Positions 1 through 12,100 of a stretch of 64,000 nt of DNA are shown piece after piece. Source of the DNA: Eubacteriales bacterium. GTDB lineage: Bacteria; Bacillota; Clostridia; Oscillospirales; CAG-272. Position numbers and translations under genes: made by a program. The stretch is taken from NCBI GenBank assembly GCA_045659905.1, contig JAZRCT010000040.1:2003-66002 (forward strand). The letters run 5' to 3'. The number at the start of each line of letters is the position of its first letter. Position 1 is the stretch's first letter. The notes beneath the pieces are model-generated. The model saw nothing but the letters and a program-made list of their open reading frames with translations, was not told the origin of the DNA and ran no database searches.

Positions 1-3000
1 TTTTCCGTAAGCGCAGTCTGGTTAAGCGCTATCGCCCACTTCTGCTTTGAATTGAGCGTACCGTTCTTTATTACGAGGGTGGTATCGTAAATGTCGGTTG
101 CGTTTGCTACTACGTCGAAGATATAAGCGCTGTTACGTGAAAGCGTATTGCCGCCAAGGTCGATGGTGAATACGCCGTTTATACCAAAGGGCTTAAGGGC
201 AACGGGATTATCTATGCTCTTACGGAGATAAGCCACCGAGCCGCCGTAGCCGTCCTCATATCCCGTAAGGTTTGCTCTTGCGTCCTTAAATTCGCCGTTC
301 TTGAAAAATGCGAAGGGATAAAGGTCCTTGTCGCTGTAATAAGCGGGAATAAAGCCGTAATCGTCTGCCTTTTCGGATGCGGTGAATAAGTATTTATCAA
401 AACCGCCGTCGGCAGTCACCGTCTTAAGCAGCGATACTCTGCCGTTTTTATCCTCGGCGTTGTTAAAGTTCGTCTTAATATCTGCGGGCGCAGTTCCCGT
501 AGCGATGCTAAAGGAGGTATAGCTTCCGTTATACTTACCAAAGGCGATAGAGTCGCCCGAGTCAAGCGTTGCGATAGCCGCCGTACTCATATTCTTTATA
601 GCGCCGCCGTTTACCGTAATTGATACGTTTATAGACTTTCTGCCGTCCTTTACGTCGGAGGCGTTGAATACCGCCTTCTCAGTAGCGTTCGTCATATCAA
701 ATTCGCAGCCGTTATAAGTAAGCTCAAGCTTAGTAGAGCCCGAGGGATTAGATGCCTGAGTCCAAATGGTGAGCGCCAAGGGATTAGATGCGGAGTCGCA
801 GCTGAAATTCACCCTTTCAAAGGTCATTTTAAAGGTCTTTTCGCCCGTAAGGCCGCTTCCGTGGTCTAGAGCTATCGCAGGAGAGCCTACGATAGTACCG
901 CCCGACACGTTTATTACGGTCGCAAAGCCGCCGCTTCCCGTGTGCGAGAAAATATCGAATACCGTTCTTGTGCCCTTAGAGAGCGTATTGCCGCCAAGGT
1001 CTATGTCAACCGTGCCGTTTATATGGCAGAGCTGCTGAGCCACCATATCGTTATCGTCGGTAGAGTAGGAGCTTCTGAGATATACACCAGCCCACTTGTC
1101 AGAAGAGCCGTTGACAGCCTCCTTAGCCGCCGTAATTGCCGCAACCCAGGTGGTATAGCCGACGTTAGTGCCGTCCTTCTTGAACACCACGAATTTATAT
1201 TCAGCGCCTTGGTACTCCTCGCTTACGATACCGAAGCGGGTTACAACGCCTGCTTCCTCAAAGCTATATACAGTATTTCCGTCTGCGGTAACGCCGCCGT
1301 TGGCATTAAGCGCATAAAGCTCGCCCTCGGAGTTCGAGAAGCTGTCGTACTTGGGAGCGACGCCCGCAGGAAGCGTGACGGTGGGATATTTTCCTTCCGC
1401 ACCCGTGCCGATTTTTACGGTGTCCTCGGAGGAGCTTGCAATCAAGGTGTAGCCCTCGTTCATTATAAAGTTGCCGCCATTTACGGTAAGGGTTACCTTG
1501 GTCTTGTCAGAAGCTGTGTCGCCTCTGCCCGAAAGGCCTATTGCTATCGGAGCGTTGGCTCTTGAGCTATCGAATACGCAATCGTCAAATACCGCATTGA
1601 CGGTGACGCCCGTGTTTGCCGTACCCCTGCCGTTTTCCCAGCAATCAAAGACGAGGCCTGTCGTTCTGCGCGCGCTGAGGTCGACGAAGGTTACGCCGTC
1701 AAAATTGAAATTGTAGGTCTTGGCTGCCGCATTTGCCGAGCTCGAGCCGTAGTTAAGACCTATAATCGGCGAAGTATTTATATCCGCAAGCGTACCGTTT
1801 TTGATATTTACGGTAGTGGTATAGGTAGAAGAAGAATTGTGGAATATATCAAAGATATACTTACTGCCTCTCGTCATAGTGTTGCCGCCAAGGTCGAGAG
1901 TGACCGTGCCGCCAAGCGCCGAGGGGACTGAGGTTACGTTGGTGTCAAGCTCAAAGGTCTTGTAATCCTGTCTTAAAAGGATTGTATACGCATCGGTGCT
2001 TTCAACTACGGGAAGCGCCGCCAGTACCTGATTCCAGCGTGCATAGCCCGAAACGAAGCTTCCGTTCTTAAAGAGCGCAAAGGGATAAGCCTTCTTAGAT
2101 GCGTACTGCGCCGAAATAGTGCCGTAATCGGTGGATATTCCGTCACCTATGCAGGAGGAGCTTACGTTAAAGGTCACGTTAGCATCGGGCATAGTAAAGG
2201 TGTAGCTGCCGTCACTAAGAGTAACGGAGGTTGCCGCAGCGCCGCCCACCGACATAGTCACGGAATCAATCTTAAAGCCGTCGTCGGGTGTGAAGCTTAC
2301 GGTAACGCTTGCGTCCTTCTTATGAATTCCGCCGTTTTCAAGCGTGAAATCTCCGCCTACTGCGCTTACCGTATGCTCGCTGTTTGCCGAAAGCGAGAAT
2401 TCAACGAATTTTTCGCCGAAATACTGCTGCGTCCAGGCATTGAAGTGCCAGCCGTCTATCTGAGCGTAGTATCCAAGCCCGCCGGCTTCGGTCAAGTCGG
2501 TATAGCCGTCAACCTTGGGAACTACGTCATCAGTCTTGTCGGTATCCCACTCCTCGTCGTCACCGTTGTGAAGATAGTATACGTTGTCAAGCCTTTGGGA
2601 GACTGCTACCTGAGCTAAGTTTATATTGTGAAGATAGGTCGGTTGAGAGTATATGTATGCGTCCTGCTCGTCCTTCTCCTTATTTCGGTATATATTACCT
2701 GCCGAGAAGGGCATTTTCGACTGGTCGCTGCCGAAAATCTCGGTCATTTCCTCTCTTACGTCCTTAATAAGACATTCAAGAAGCTCGTCGTAGCAATCAG
2801 CAAAGACCTTAGTTCCTGCCTCTGCCTCGCCCTGCATCCACCACATACCCCGAAGCACGGGGGTGTAGCCCATTTCACGCAGGTCCTCAACGCCCTTGCG
2901 TACTACCGATATAAACTGGCGGTACATATTTCCGACGATATATTCGCCCTTGTAGCTGTTGTCACCCGTCACGTAGGAATTGCGAACGTCCTCGGTAACG

Positions 3001-3539
3001 TCGGGATAGTCGTCGTTCGGGTCGTTGTTGGCAAGTCCCGTATTAGTAATCGGGTCGTAGTAGCTGGGAGGAGTCCAAGTACCCACCGATTTAGCGATAT
3101 TGCTGTTATTTTTAGGGTAAATCTCGGTAGCGCCTACCGCCACCTTGATTACCGCATTCATTTTGTCGGTATTACCAAGCGCCTTGGCTACGCCAAGCTC
3201 AGCGCCCGAGCGTGTCAAGGTCTGTCCGAAGCCAAAGGTAACGGGGGTAAAGCCCGAGACGTCATACTGAAATTGCTCGTGCTCACCAAAGAAAAGCACG
3301 TTATCAAAGCCCGTGTAATATCTGTCGTCGTTATCCTTGTCGGGAAATTTGTGCGTGGTTTCGTCCTGAGTGCCGTAGCCTACGGCGTTTGACTGTCCGC
3401 CGATAAGCCAGACGTCGATAGTACCCAAGCTTCCCGCCGCTTGCTGCGCATTGCCGATAAGCGCAAAGCTAAAGGCGAATGCAGACAAAAGCAACGAAAC
3501 GAGAAGTAACGCACCCGTAATTTTTCTTTTAACGTTCAT
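1..3539 (-). CDS. large secreted protein: signal peptide + SASA/SGNH-type carbohydrate (sialate O-acetyl-like) esterase domain, then at least 3 copies of a ~300-aa repeat module; 3' end lies outside the window
   Basis: ATG at 3539-3537 preceded by GGAG. Own translation gives MNVKRKITGALLLVSLLLSAFAFSFALIGNAQQAAGSLGTIDVWLIGGQSNAVGYG (signal peptide + GQSN esterase motif). The frame was re-checked by hand at 360-120 (DDYGFIPAYYSDKDLYPFAFFKNGEF...GYGGSVAYLRKSIDNPVALKPFGINGVFTIDLGGNTLSRNSAYI) and is still open and protein-like. It is absent from the ORF track only because no stop lies inside the window. The plus-strand ORFs 766-3392 are antisense shadows. Confidence 0.85.
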   Translation of the reverse strand, partial: MNVKRKITGALLLVSLLLSAFAFSFALIGNAQQAAGSLGTIDVWLIGGQSNAVGYGTQDETTHKFPDKDNDDRYYTGFDNVLFFGEHEQFQYDVSGFTPVTFGFGQTLTRSGAELGVAKALGNTDKMNAVIKVAVGATEIYPKNNSNIAKSVGTWTPPSYYDPITNTGLANNDPNDDYPDVTEDVRNSYVTGDNSYKGEYIVGNMYRQFISVVRKGVEDLREMGYTPVLRGMWWMQGEAEAGTKVFADCYDELLECLIKDVREEMTEIFGSDQSKMPFSAGNIYRNKEKDEQDAYIYSQPTYLHNINLAQVAVSQRLDNVYYLHNGDDEEWDTDKTDDVVPKVDGYTDLTEAGGLGYYAQIDGWHFNAWTQQYFGEKFVEFSLSANSEHTVSAVGGDFTLENGGIHKKDASVTVSFTPDDGFKIDSVTMSVGGAAATSVTLSDGSYTFTMPDANVTFNVSSSCIGDGISTDYGTISAQYASKKAYPFALFKNGSFVSGYARWNQVLAALPVVESTDAYTILLRQDYKTFELDTNVTSVPSALGGTVTLDLGGNTMTRGSKYIFDIFHNSSSTYTTTVNIKNGTLADINTSPIIGLNYGSSSANAAAKTYNFNFDGVTFVDLSARRTTGLVFDCWENGRGTANTGVTVNAVFDDCVFDSSRANAPIAIGLSGRGDTASDKTKVTLTVNGGNFIMNEGYTLIASSSEDTVKIGTGAEGKYPTVTLPAGVAPKYDSFSNSEGELYALNANGGVTADGNTVYSFEEAGVVTRFGIVSEEYQGAEYKFVVFKKDGTNVGYTTWVAAITAAKEAVNGSSDKWAGVYLRSSYSTDDNDMVAQQLCHINGTVDIDLGGNTLSKGTRTVFDIFSHTGSGGFATVINVSGGTIVGSPAIALDHGSGLTGEKTFKMTFERVNFSCDSASNPLALTIWTQASNPSGSTKLELTYNGCEFDMTNATEKAVFNASDVKDGRKSINVSITVNGGAIKNMSTAAIATLDSGDSIAFGKYNGSYTSFSIATGTAPADIKTNFNNAEDKNGRVSLLKTVTADGGFDKYLFTASEKADDYGFIPAYYSDKDLYPFAFFKNGEFKDARANLTGYEDGYGGSVAYLRKSIDNPVALKPFGINGVFTIDLGGNTLSRNSAYIFDVVANATDIYDTTLVIKNGTLNSKQKWAIALNQTALTE

Positions 3540-3562
3540 AAGTATACACTCCTTATTAACTA

Positions 3563-3581
3563 TTCACTCTTATCTCCAGAG
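3563..3581. repeat. 19-nt direct repeat TTCACTCTTATCTCCAGAG, copy 1 (copy 2 at 3725-3743); each copy abuts a short hairpin
   Basis: Exact 19/19 match read in the sequence. Copy 1 sits ~25 nt upstream (minus-strand sense) of the start codon of the 1-3539 gene. Confidence 0.8.
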
Positions 3582-3586
3582 ATATG

Positions 3587-3645
3587 CACGGCAGAGCCGT
3601 GATGCCATTCACTCTTACGAGTGATTATATACGCCTATGGCGTAT
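3587..3645. repeat. three consecutive short hairpins (CACGGC-aga-GCCGTG / TCACTC-ttac-GAGTGA / ATACGCC-tat-GGCGTAT) separated by short linkers
   Basis: Perfect 6-7 bp inverted repeats read directly. Same architecture as the hairpin-linker arrays elsewhere in the window. Confidence 0.7.
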
Positions 3646-3724
3646 GATGAATGGGGGACGAATGGCTAGCGAAAAAGCCGAGTCCATTTTTATTATACAA
3701 CTTTCACCTCTTCACTTTTCACTC

Positions 3725-3743
3725 TTCACTCTTATCTCCAGAG
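3725..3743. repeat. 19-nt direct repeat TTCACTCTTATCTCCAGAG, copy 2
   Basis: Exact match to 3563-3581. It overlaps the left arm of the 12-bp-stem hairpin at 3738-3764. Confidence 0.8.
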
Positions 3744-3764
3744 CATCTGTGTCAGATGCTCTGG
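3738..3764. other. perfect 12-bp-stem hairpin CCAGAGCATCTG-tgt-CAGATGCTCTGG overlapping the stop codon of the 42-aa ORF
   Basis: Inverted repeat read directly. No T-run follows on either strand, so it is not a canonical terminator. Confidence 0.75.
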
Positions 3765-3880
3765 TTCAAGTCCCACACGCCATCGGTATTTTCTACGGCG
3801 GTGGTTTCAGTTCCCGAGGTGGTAAGTACGTCCTGATTGATTTCCAAAGCTTCAAGAATAGGCTGCTCGTATTTTTTCAT
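3752..3880 (-). CDS. candidate small protein (42 aa, acidic): MKKYEQPILEALEINQDVLTTSGTETTAVENTDGVWDLNQSI
   Basis: ATG at 3880 with AGAAAGGAA 9 nt upstream; TGA at 3754-3752. It lies between the two giant genes on the same strand. It is below the ORF-track length cut-off and I recognise no homolog. Confidence 0.35.
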   Translation of the reverse strand: MKKYEQPILEALEINQDVLTTSGTETTAVENTDGVWDLNQSI

Positions 3881-4000
3881 ATCACTAGTTCCTTTCTTTT
3901 TTATATTTTTGCTCTCTGCCATGGGATTGCCGTTATGCTCACGGCAGAGAGTGTTTATCTGATTTGCAATTCTTTTATTTCACCTGATGAGCCGCATCGC

Positions 4001-7000
4001 TTAGCCAATTCGTGCGTTTCTGTACGCTTCGGCGCTCTGTGCGTAGCACATAAATCTCTCTACGAGAGTCTTAAGCTCCGCCTTCTTTTCGCCGCTGTAC
4101 TCGTTTACTACGAAATCGTAGTAAGCCGCAAGATTGTAAGCGCCGCCCGCAGCCGTGCCGTCGACCGTGAACTCTATATCGCCTGCAAGCACGTATGCAA
4201 AGCTCGTGACCTCAAGGTAATCGCCGTCAGTGTCCGTGCCTACGGTAAATTCAAGCGTCCTTGAGCCCTGCTTAAACTCGAATTCAGAGCTATCGGTCAC
4301 CGTGCCGTCAAGGTAGAAGCGCACCGACGGAACAGCCCCCAGCACGAAGGTTGCCTCGCCTATACCGCTTCCCGCCTCGGGCGTTACCGCAGTACCGAGG
4401 GTGGGCGTGTTATCGGCGTCGTAATCCGTGCCGAGAATTTCGTCTATTACCGCAAGGTCGGAATCGGTCTTGCCAAAGTATGCGTAAGCGCTCCTTACGT
4501 AAGAGAGGATATCCAGAAGAAGCTTCTCCTCTGCCGCAGCAGCGTTATTCGCCGTAGCGTTCTCTACGTATTTGACAAGACTCATAGTGTATCTGCCGCC
4601 TAGCGTTCCGCCGTCGGTGTCAACCTCTGCCAAAAGCACCATATCCGCAAGCGCTGCATCCGCAGAAAGCGATACCGTCAGCGTATAGTAAGCTGTGCCT
4701 CCAATGTCTGTTATAGGAAGCGAGGTAAGCGCTGCGCCCTCATAAACGGTGCCGTTAAGCGTAAGCTTTGTCAGCGCCGCTATATTTGAAACGTAGATAT
4801 TGTATCTTAAATCCGAATAGAGCGAGATGCTCGATTTTACGGTAAAGTCGCTGAGAGCCTTTACTCTCAGGCGGTAGGTTGCGGTAAGAGTGTTCTCGGA
4901 TTCCTTTATAAATTCCGCAGCTCCAAGCGCCGTCAAGTAATCGCCCGAGGGTGCTTCTGCGCTCTTGTCAAGAGTAATAGCAAGAAGCTTTCCGTCGGTG
5001 CTCCTGCCAAGCATTACGCCTCCAACAGAGTCAGCCTCAGTCGAGCTGAGAGTGAATTTATCAAGGCTTGCCGCCTTTATCTCACATCCGAGCACACTGG
5101 TATCGGAATGAATCTTGCCGTTGCCGCTGTCAAAGAGCTTCACACTCTTGTCTGCCGAGGTAACGTCAAACCTACAATTCTCGTAGGATACGTGGGTGTT
5201 AGCAGTAGCGTTCGGCGTGTTGGAATCCTGATAATAGTATACGAGCGAGGTCGCCGTACCCTTAACGCTGAAGCCAACGTCGACAAACTTAAGGCTTACC
5301 TCCTTATCCTCCATATAATAATCGTCTCTGTCGGGATAGGTCGTGCCGTCCTTGTTGTTGCCTGTCCAAGCCGCAAAGCTTACTATTCCTCTGTTGGTCA
5401 GAACCATACCGCCGTTCTTCATTACAATCTCGGTGGGGAAGATATTTGCATCGCCCGAGCCGCCCCAAGGCTTAATTGAGAACGGTATCGCCACTCTGTC
5501 ACTTGGTGCGGTAAGGGTAAATCCGCCAAAGTCGACGGTAAGCGTGCCCTGAATCTGAGCTACGTTATTGTATTGCTCGTTCGACGCCATAGCGTAATCT
5601 CTGCGCATAAGGATAAACGCCGCACGGGGATTGTCACCGTAGCTGCCGTCTGCGTAAACGTTGCCCTTCATATACTCCTTAGCTACATTAAGCGCACCGT
5701 CGTTTTCATACTTATCCGTAATATCAAGGAAGGTGTCGTCGCCTGCAATAAAGCCGCCTTGCTCGTTGAATACTGCGAAGGGATATGCGTTAGCATCCGC
5801 ATAGGTGTAAGGAATTTCTCCGTACTCGGTAGCTACCGCCTCGCCAAGACGGTATACGGTATTCGTGCCGCTGACGCTCTCCTTACCGAGAGTAAGCGCC
5901 TTGCCTGCCGCATTGTATACGACGAAGCTCGTGTGAGTGGGAGCTGTCACCGTTGCAGGAAGAATTATTGCGGTGTATTCTCCGCCGCCGCAGCGCTCGT
6001 AGGCAAGCGATTCGTCGCTCCTCATATTAGCAAGCTTGTAATTTGTAAGGTCGGGATACATAACGCTGCCGCCCGTGAACACTACCGTCGAGGTCATATT
6101 ATTTTTGTTGTCGTTGCAGTCAAGAAGTCTTGCGCCGCTCGGAGCGCCGGTAAAGTCTACCGTACAGTTATCGAAATAATAGCCAAGCACAAGCGAGCCG
6201 CCGGTCTTACCGTCAAACTCTGATACCATATACTTCGAGTTGCCTATAAACCTGAAGGTAACGTCGGTAAAGCAGAAATCGAGCGCCTTTGACTTAGTGC
6301 TGTCACCGTTTGAATGCTGAAGTCCAAAGAGAGGAAGCGTTGCCTTGGGCGAGCCGTCGTCGTTAAAGCCGATGCGGTTGTTTACGATAGTACCGTTTTT
6401 GAATTCTATCGTAGACTTGCCGAGATAGGAGGTATTGTTAAAGTTAACTCCGCAGTCTCCGATATACGTGGTGCTTTCCAGCGTATAGCCGTTAAGGTCT
6501 ACTACGATTTTACCTCTTGCCGCATTGAAATTAGAGCCTGCCGTCGAGGTATATTCGTATCTTAAAACTATCGTCGCAACCGTATTTTCCTTGCCCTCGT
6601 CCTTTAAGAGGTCTCTTGCCGCACCTAGAGCTGCGCTCCAGGAGGTATTTGCCGACTTAAAGGCAGTGTCCTCAAACACGAAGAAGGGATAGTCTACTGC
6701 CGAAAGGTTCTTTCCTTCGTTTATATAGGCGGTCTTATCGCCAAAGGTCATAGGAAGAAGCTCGTAGGTAGACTTAGTGCCGTCGTCCTTGACCTCTATA
6801 AAGTATCTCTTTCCCTCGGTAGTGTTAAACGAAGTCGTGCCGTGCAAATAATCCTTCGCATTGCTTACTGCTGTCATATAGGTATATTTGCCGTTATATT
6901 TACCAAAGGTAACGCTGTCGTTTTCCGTATTAAGCGAAGAAAGGATAACGTTTGAAATATTATCGCAAATTATTTCGCCGCCGTTTATCACGAGGTGGTT

Positions 7001-9106
7001 GTTTATAAGGTCGGTATATCCGTAATTCTCTGTGAAATCAAAGAGCACGGGCTTATCGCCGCTTGGGAGGTTAGTCTTAAGGTCAAGCACGCAATCGTTC
7101 AGAGTTATGTTGGTATTTGATTTCATGGTGCAGGTGTTAGGTACTGCAACGTTATTCTCCTTCGTGGGGTTGGTCCAGGCACCGAAAAATGCCTCACCGG
7201 ACCTCACCGCATCGGGAGCAAATCCGAGCGTAACCTTTTCAAGAGTAACGTTCCACTGTTTCACCTTATCGCTCGTAGCCGTGCCTATCTGATTTGCGAA
7301 AATCGGACTCTTCAAGGTACGAAGCGAGCCATTCTTAATCACTATATTGGCGGGGGAGGTGTTCGTATTTCCGTAATAGAAGTCGAAAATAACCTTATCT
7401 CTCGTGAAGGTAAAGCCGCCAAGGTCTACGGTAAGCGTTCCGTTCGCCTTGTTAAATCCGCCGCTGTTTGCCGCATCGCCCGTGTTGGTGTAATCCTTGC
7501 GAAGCAGAATTTGAGCGTCGGCGTCGGGTTTTCCGTGAAGAAGACTTCCAATAGAAGCCGTAACGCTATTCCAGGTTGCGTGAGCGGAAATAAACTCGCC
7601 GCCCGAGAAGAGCAAGAAGGGATATGCGTCGGCGTCTGCCTTTGCGGTAGGAATTACGCCGTAATCGGTGACGTTGTTGTTCACCGTAAGGGTATAGATA
7701 TCGTAGTCACCCTCGGTCGTGCCGTCGGTGGTAAAGTTGGTATATTCACCCTCTGCGGTCTTGAAGTTGTCTGAAATCGAAGCGCCGCCCGCCTTAACCT
7801 TAAGCGACGGAAGCTCTCCGTCAGAGCCTATTCCTGCGGTGAGGGTGTCCTCGGCATCGGTTTTCGCAAAGGTGTACGCTGCGCCGTTGGTCACGAAGTC
7901 TCCTCCGAGAATATTGATATTAGCATCTGCGTAGGCGTTGCCTATCGTAATAAGCGTACCGCCGCTTGCAGGAGCGTTAGCTTCAAGGTCGAAGCTGCAA
8001 TCCTTATAGGTAAGATTGGTGACGGTATTTACTTTATGGTCGTTATGCCAGAAGTTCCAGAAAACACCCGATACCGAGCTTACCGTAAAGCCTGCGTCAA
8101 ATCCAAAGGTAACCTTATCAAAGGTAATATCGAAGGTCTTAATCTCGGTAGTATCGGCAAGGTAATGAGTAACGCCTATCGGGCTGTTTGACTTTGCGTT
8201 AATTCTACCGTTGGTAAATATTACCGAGGTTTCATAATCGTAAACGGTGTTTGAATTTATCACCGCATTTATAATGGTCTTGGTTCTTGCAAGCGTCTTT
8301 CCGCCAAGGTCTATAAGAACCGTGCCGTTTGTCGAGCCAAAGCTTATCTCATCGGTGTTGTCAAAGTCTGCTCGCATAAGTATTTCTACTCTGCTATCGG
8401 CATATTCCGAACCGGCAAGGCGCTTGTTTGCTATAGATACCGCAAGCTTAAGCGTTGCTGCGCCCTCGATAAGAGCGCCATCGCTGAATACGAGGAAGGG
8501 ATAATCCGTAGCGCTCATAAACTCCTCGCTGATTACGCCGTAGCGTGTCGAATTTTCCTCGCACGCAAGCGTGTAGGTCGCCATATAGGAGGCGTCGGTG
8601 CTTGCCTTGTGATAGCCCGCATAGCCGTCAGCCATAAGGTATGAGCCTGCGACGGACTTCGTCACCGCTTCGGGCATTATAAGCTTGGTATAATTCTCGC
8701 TTGAATCCTTAAAGAATTCTACTATGGACGCATTGGAGGAAACGCTTATCCATCTCTGCGAGGAAAGTCTTATCTCGCCGCCCGTCACGCCGTAGCTGAG
8801 CTTAAGCGCCGCCGAGGTGGGTGCGGGGAATATTACCGTCGCATCCTTCGAGTGAAGTCTCTCGTCAAGGTCGAACACGCAATCGGTAAAGTCTATATAG
8901 GCATTTACCGAAGCGCCCGACTTGATTGCCGATGAGCAGATAAGCTCGGTTGTGAAGGAATTTTCACCAAAGCTTATATTTACGCCGTCAAAATTGATAT
9001 CGAAGCTCTTATTTTCCGCCGTAGCGTCACTAAAGGATATAAGAGCCGTTCTTCCGAGCTTGATTTTACCGCCCGAAATATTTATCTCGCTCGCCGCAGT
9101 GCTTGC
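4001..9106 (-). pseudogene. C-terminal ~1701 codons of a giant secreted repeat protein, with 4 full copies of the ~300-aa module plus a unique C-terminal region. It is in frame with, and continuous with, ORF 9107-12319 across one TAG.
   Basis: The ORF track lists 4001-8878 (GTG-initiated). I translated 9106-8879 by hand (ASTAASEINISGGKIKLGRTALISFSDATAENKSFDINFDGVNISFGENSFTTELICSSAIKSGASVNAYIDFTDCVF) and found no stop and no ATG. The repeat module runs straight through the TAG. Confidence 0.8.
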
Positions 9107-12100
9107 CTAATTATCGTAGATAAGAGCGCCCGTCTTGTTTGCAGAGGTGAGAGTGTAGCCGTTAAGGTCAAGATTTACCTTAGCAAAGCCGCCAATGCCG
9201 CTGTATACGCCCGAGTCGTCAAGCGTGTAATCGGATTGAAGCTTTAAGGTGTATCCCGATACGAATGCCGCAAAGGCGTCCTTGAGGGTTGCGTATTCGC
9301 CAACCTTGGCATCGCCGTTATATACCGCTATCGGACTATCCGATACAGGTGCGCTATAAGCGAAGCCGCTCCGGTCGTCGGTCTCGGCAAGTCCTGCCTC
9401 AGATACGGTAATATCGGTAATCTGCTCGGTGACGAGAAGACCTCTTATATAAGCCTTCTTCGCTTCATTTCCGGAGGGGGAGAGCGAAAGCGTCAGCGAC
9501 TGAGTGTTCGTATCCGAGGGGAAGCCGTAATCAGGCTCGTAGACCTCGTAGGTAAATTCAACGTGTACCCATTCGTTTGCCTTGGTGGCTACGTTGAAAT
9601 ATACGTTATCGTAGTCGATAGTGCCGTACGCCTCTCTCTTGGTCATAGAGTTGAGCTTCACAACGAGAGTGCGGCTCACGGTATCGTATAAATCGAAGCC
9701 TACGGTAAAGCGTCTGCCGTAGTTTTCAGCCGTGATAGGCACTCCGCCCATAATCTGCTTATAGGTGAGAATCTGCGTCGGATTGCTGTAATATACCGAA
9801 AGAGGATTCGAGGACGAAGGCTTCTTCGAGGTTGCGGTAACTATGACCGATACCGCCGCCATATTATCTACGGTGTCCTCGGCAAAGGTTGCGTTTTTCT
9901 TCGTGGCGTTCGAATCGGTAAGAATTAGCTTGCCGTCGGCGCTCGAAAGCACCTCCTTTGCATCAACCTTTTCGTTCTTTGCCTTAAGAAGAAGCGTTAC
10001 CTCGCTTCCCTTATTTTCAACGATAAAGTCCGAAATATCTATTTCGTAAGTGCCTGCTCCACGGAGATTTACCGAGCCTAAAAGCTCTCCTTCGGTAGCG
10101 GTTGCGCTTTCTACTGCGTAAAGCTCGGCTATATTAGCCGCATCGTTTGCCACAGCAAAGCGGAATGCGTAGCCGTTGCCTGAGGTGAATTCAGCGGGTG
10201 CGGTAAAGGTATAATAGCCGCCGTTCGCCGTAAGCTCGCTTACCTCATCCGCCTTGGTGATAAAGCTCGTAGAGTATGCGCTGCCCATAGCGACGCCGTT
10301 CTTGCCGCAGAAGTCAGCGGGAATATTGACGGTGTAGGCAGAGCCGCCCGAAAGAAGCTCGGTCGGGGTAAATTCCCATACCACGCCGCCAAACGAGGAC
10401 TCCCAGATACCCTCAAGGGCGCTGCCGCCGAGAGATACCGTAATTTTTTCGACCTCGGCGAGCGTAGCCACGCCCGTAAAGCCTATCTTGATTTTAGCAT
10501 TAAGGTCGGTATTTCCCGCCTTATCCATAGGCGAGATATAGGCGATATCGATAGCTTCGTTCTTAAGGAAATATCCGACGTACTTAAAGAAGGCGTCGTA
10601 GGAATTTACGTTGTAATTCATATCGTTGCCCTCGGTAAGGGTATGACCTATCGGAAGCTCGAACTGTAAAAGAGGAATATCAAGCTCACGGCATATATTG
10701 TAAACGTTTACCGAATAGCTGTACGCAGCGTTGTAATCGTCCTGCATATTGCCCGTAACGAATACGGGACAGTGACCTGCGCTTATATCCTCCTCCTGCG
10801 AGCCGTTTGATGCGTATGTAAGCTGAACGCCGGAGATTATTTCCTTGCCTTGGTTGTCGCCATTTTCGTAGGTTAGCCAGGGCTGACGCTCTGCCGCACG
10901 GATTGTAAAGCCGGTTATGTCGTCCTTTTCGTCGGTAAGATGCCCCTCCTGATAGCGGGTTTCACCGTGGTGTCCGTCAAAATATCTGTCGGGCACGAGT
11001 GACGATAGCGCCTCGTTTATTGCCGCCTCCTTAGCGTCGGCGCTGGCGTAGCTGCCCTTAGCAAGCTCACTCTGAAGCACCTCCTCGCCGAGGTATGAGA
11101 ACCAGCCGCCCTTGGAGTTGCCGTATACGCCAAAGGCGTCGAGGTCGAATTTGATGTCTGCCTCGTTTTCGGAAATATGACGCAGATAACGCATCGCCGC
11201 AGTATTTACGAGCTTATCGTTATACATCATTACCGCATAGTTCATATGGTCGCCCGTGTTGCCCGAGCTTCCGTCGTAATAGCCAAAGCTTGCGTTTCTC
11301 GCCATAGGCATCCAGAGGTAGTCGAATACCACGTTAGCGTAGCCCTCGTAGAGGAAATTGTTAGAATGAGTGCGCAGGTACTGCGAGTCTGTGCCAACGC
11401 TCGTTCTCGGGTTGCCCGACGAGTTGGCAAGCGACATTACGGGTACTTCATTCGCAGGATTGGTGGGATATACGATATTGATATAAAGGTTCATATCAAT
11501 AAAGCTTCCGTCGGGGTCTACGCAGTCGTAAATATCCTCTGCCACGGTGTACTTAAGCTTGGTGTAAAGACCGTTTGCGTCCACGTGCGAATCCTTACAC
11601 TCTATATTGTTATACCAGATAACGTCAGAGGTAGTCGTCTTTCTCGTAGCAACGGTATCGCCCGTAGCCCACTTAACGCCTCGGTTAGGCTTCGAGGTCT
11701 TAAGGTCGGTATTCCAGTTGTCTACTATCTTCTCAAGCGTACCCTCGGTAGAGTGCTTGTCAATCTCCCAGAATACGGCGTTTAAAATGACGTTGCAGCC
11801 TGCGGGGCATACGAAATGCTCCCAGACCGCCTTGCCGCCCGAAAATCCGTCAAAGGTCAATATCTTTCCAAGCGAAAGCTGCTGTCTGAACGTCTGCGTG
11901 GAGCTTGCAAGCATTTCGGTGCTTTTCGTTGTGTGAAGATAGTCCATTACGATAACGACGTAACCGCGCTCAAGCATCGAGGTGATTATATTCACGTTGG
12001 AATCCGTGCCCGTCTTCACCGCCGTCGGATGGTTGACAGTGTAAAGAATTACGGGCGTGCCCTCATAGCCCGGCACGGTCGTTCCCTTCGCCGTATCGTA

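Noticed and set aside
766-3392. Plus-strand ORFs of 90-254 aa (766-1038, 942-1565, 2628-3392, and others)
   Set aside because: They are antisense to a continuous, protein-like minus-strand frame (signal peptide, GQSN esterase motif, repeat modules). Their translations are low-complexity (V/L/R/G-rich) with no RBS. They are shadow ORFs.
3761-3775. tRNA-like T-arm string GGTTCAAGTCCC
   Set aside because: The flanking bases do not form a T-stem, acceptor stem or anticodon arm. The string lies inside the 42-aa ORF and hairpin region. No tRNA cloverleaf could be built anywhere in the window.
9107-9109. TAG as pyrrolysine or a reassigned sense codon (alternative genetic code)
   Set aside because: TAG terminates dnaA (31882), spoVAD (33843) and the histidine-phosphatase gene (12992) at their expected lengths. 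No pyl genes or suppressor tRNA lie in the window. Nonsense mutation, polymorphism or read-through is more parsimonious.
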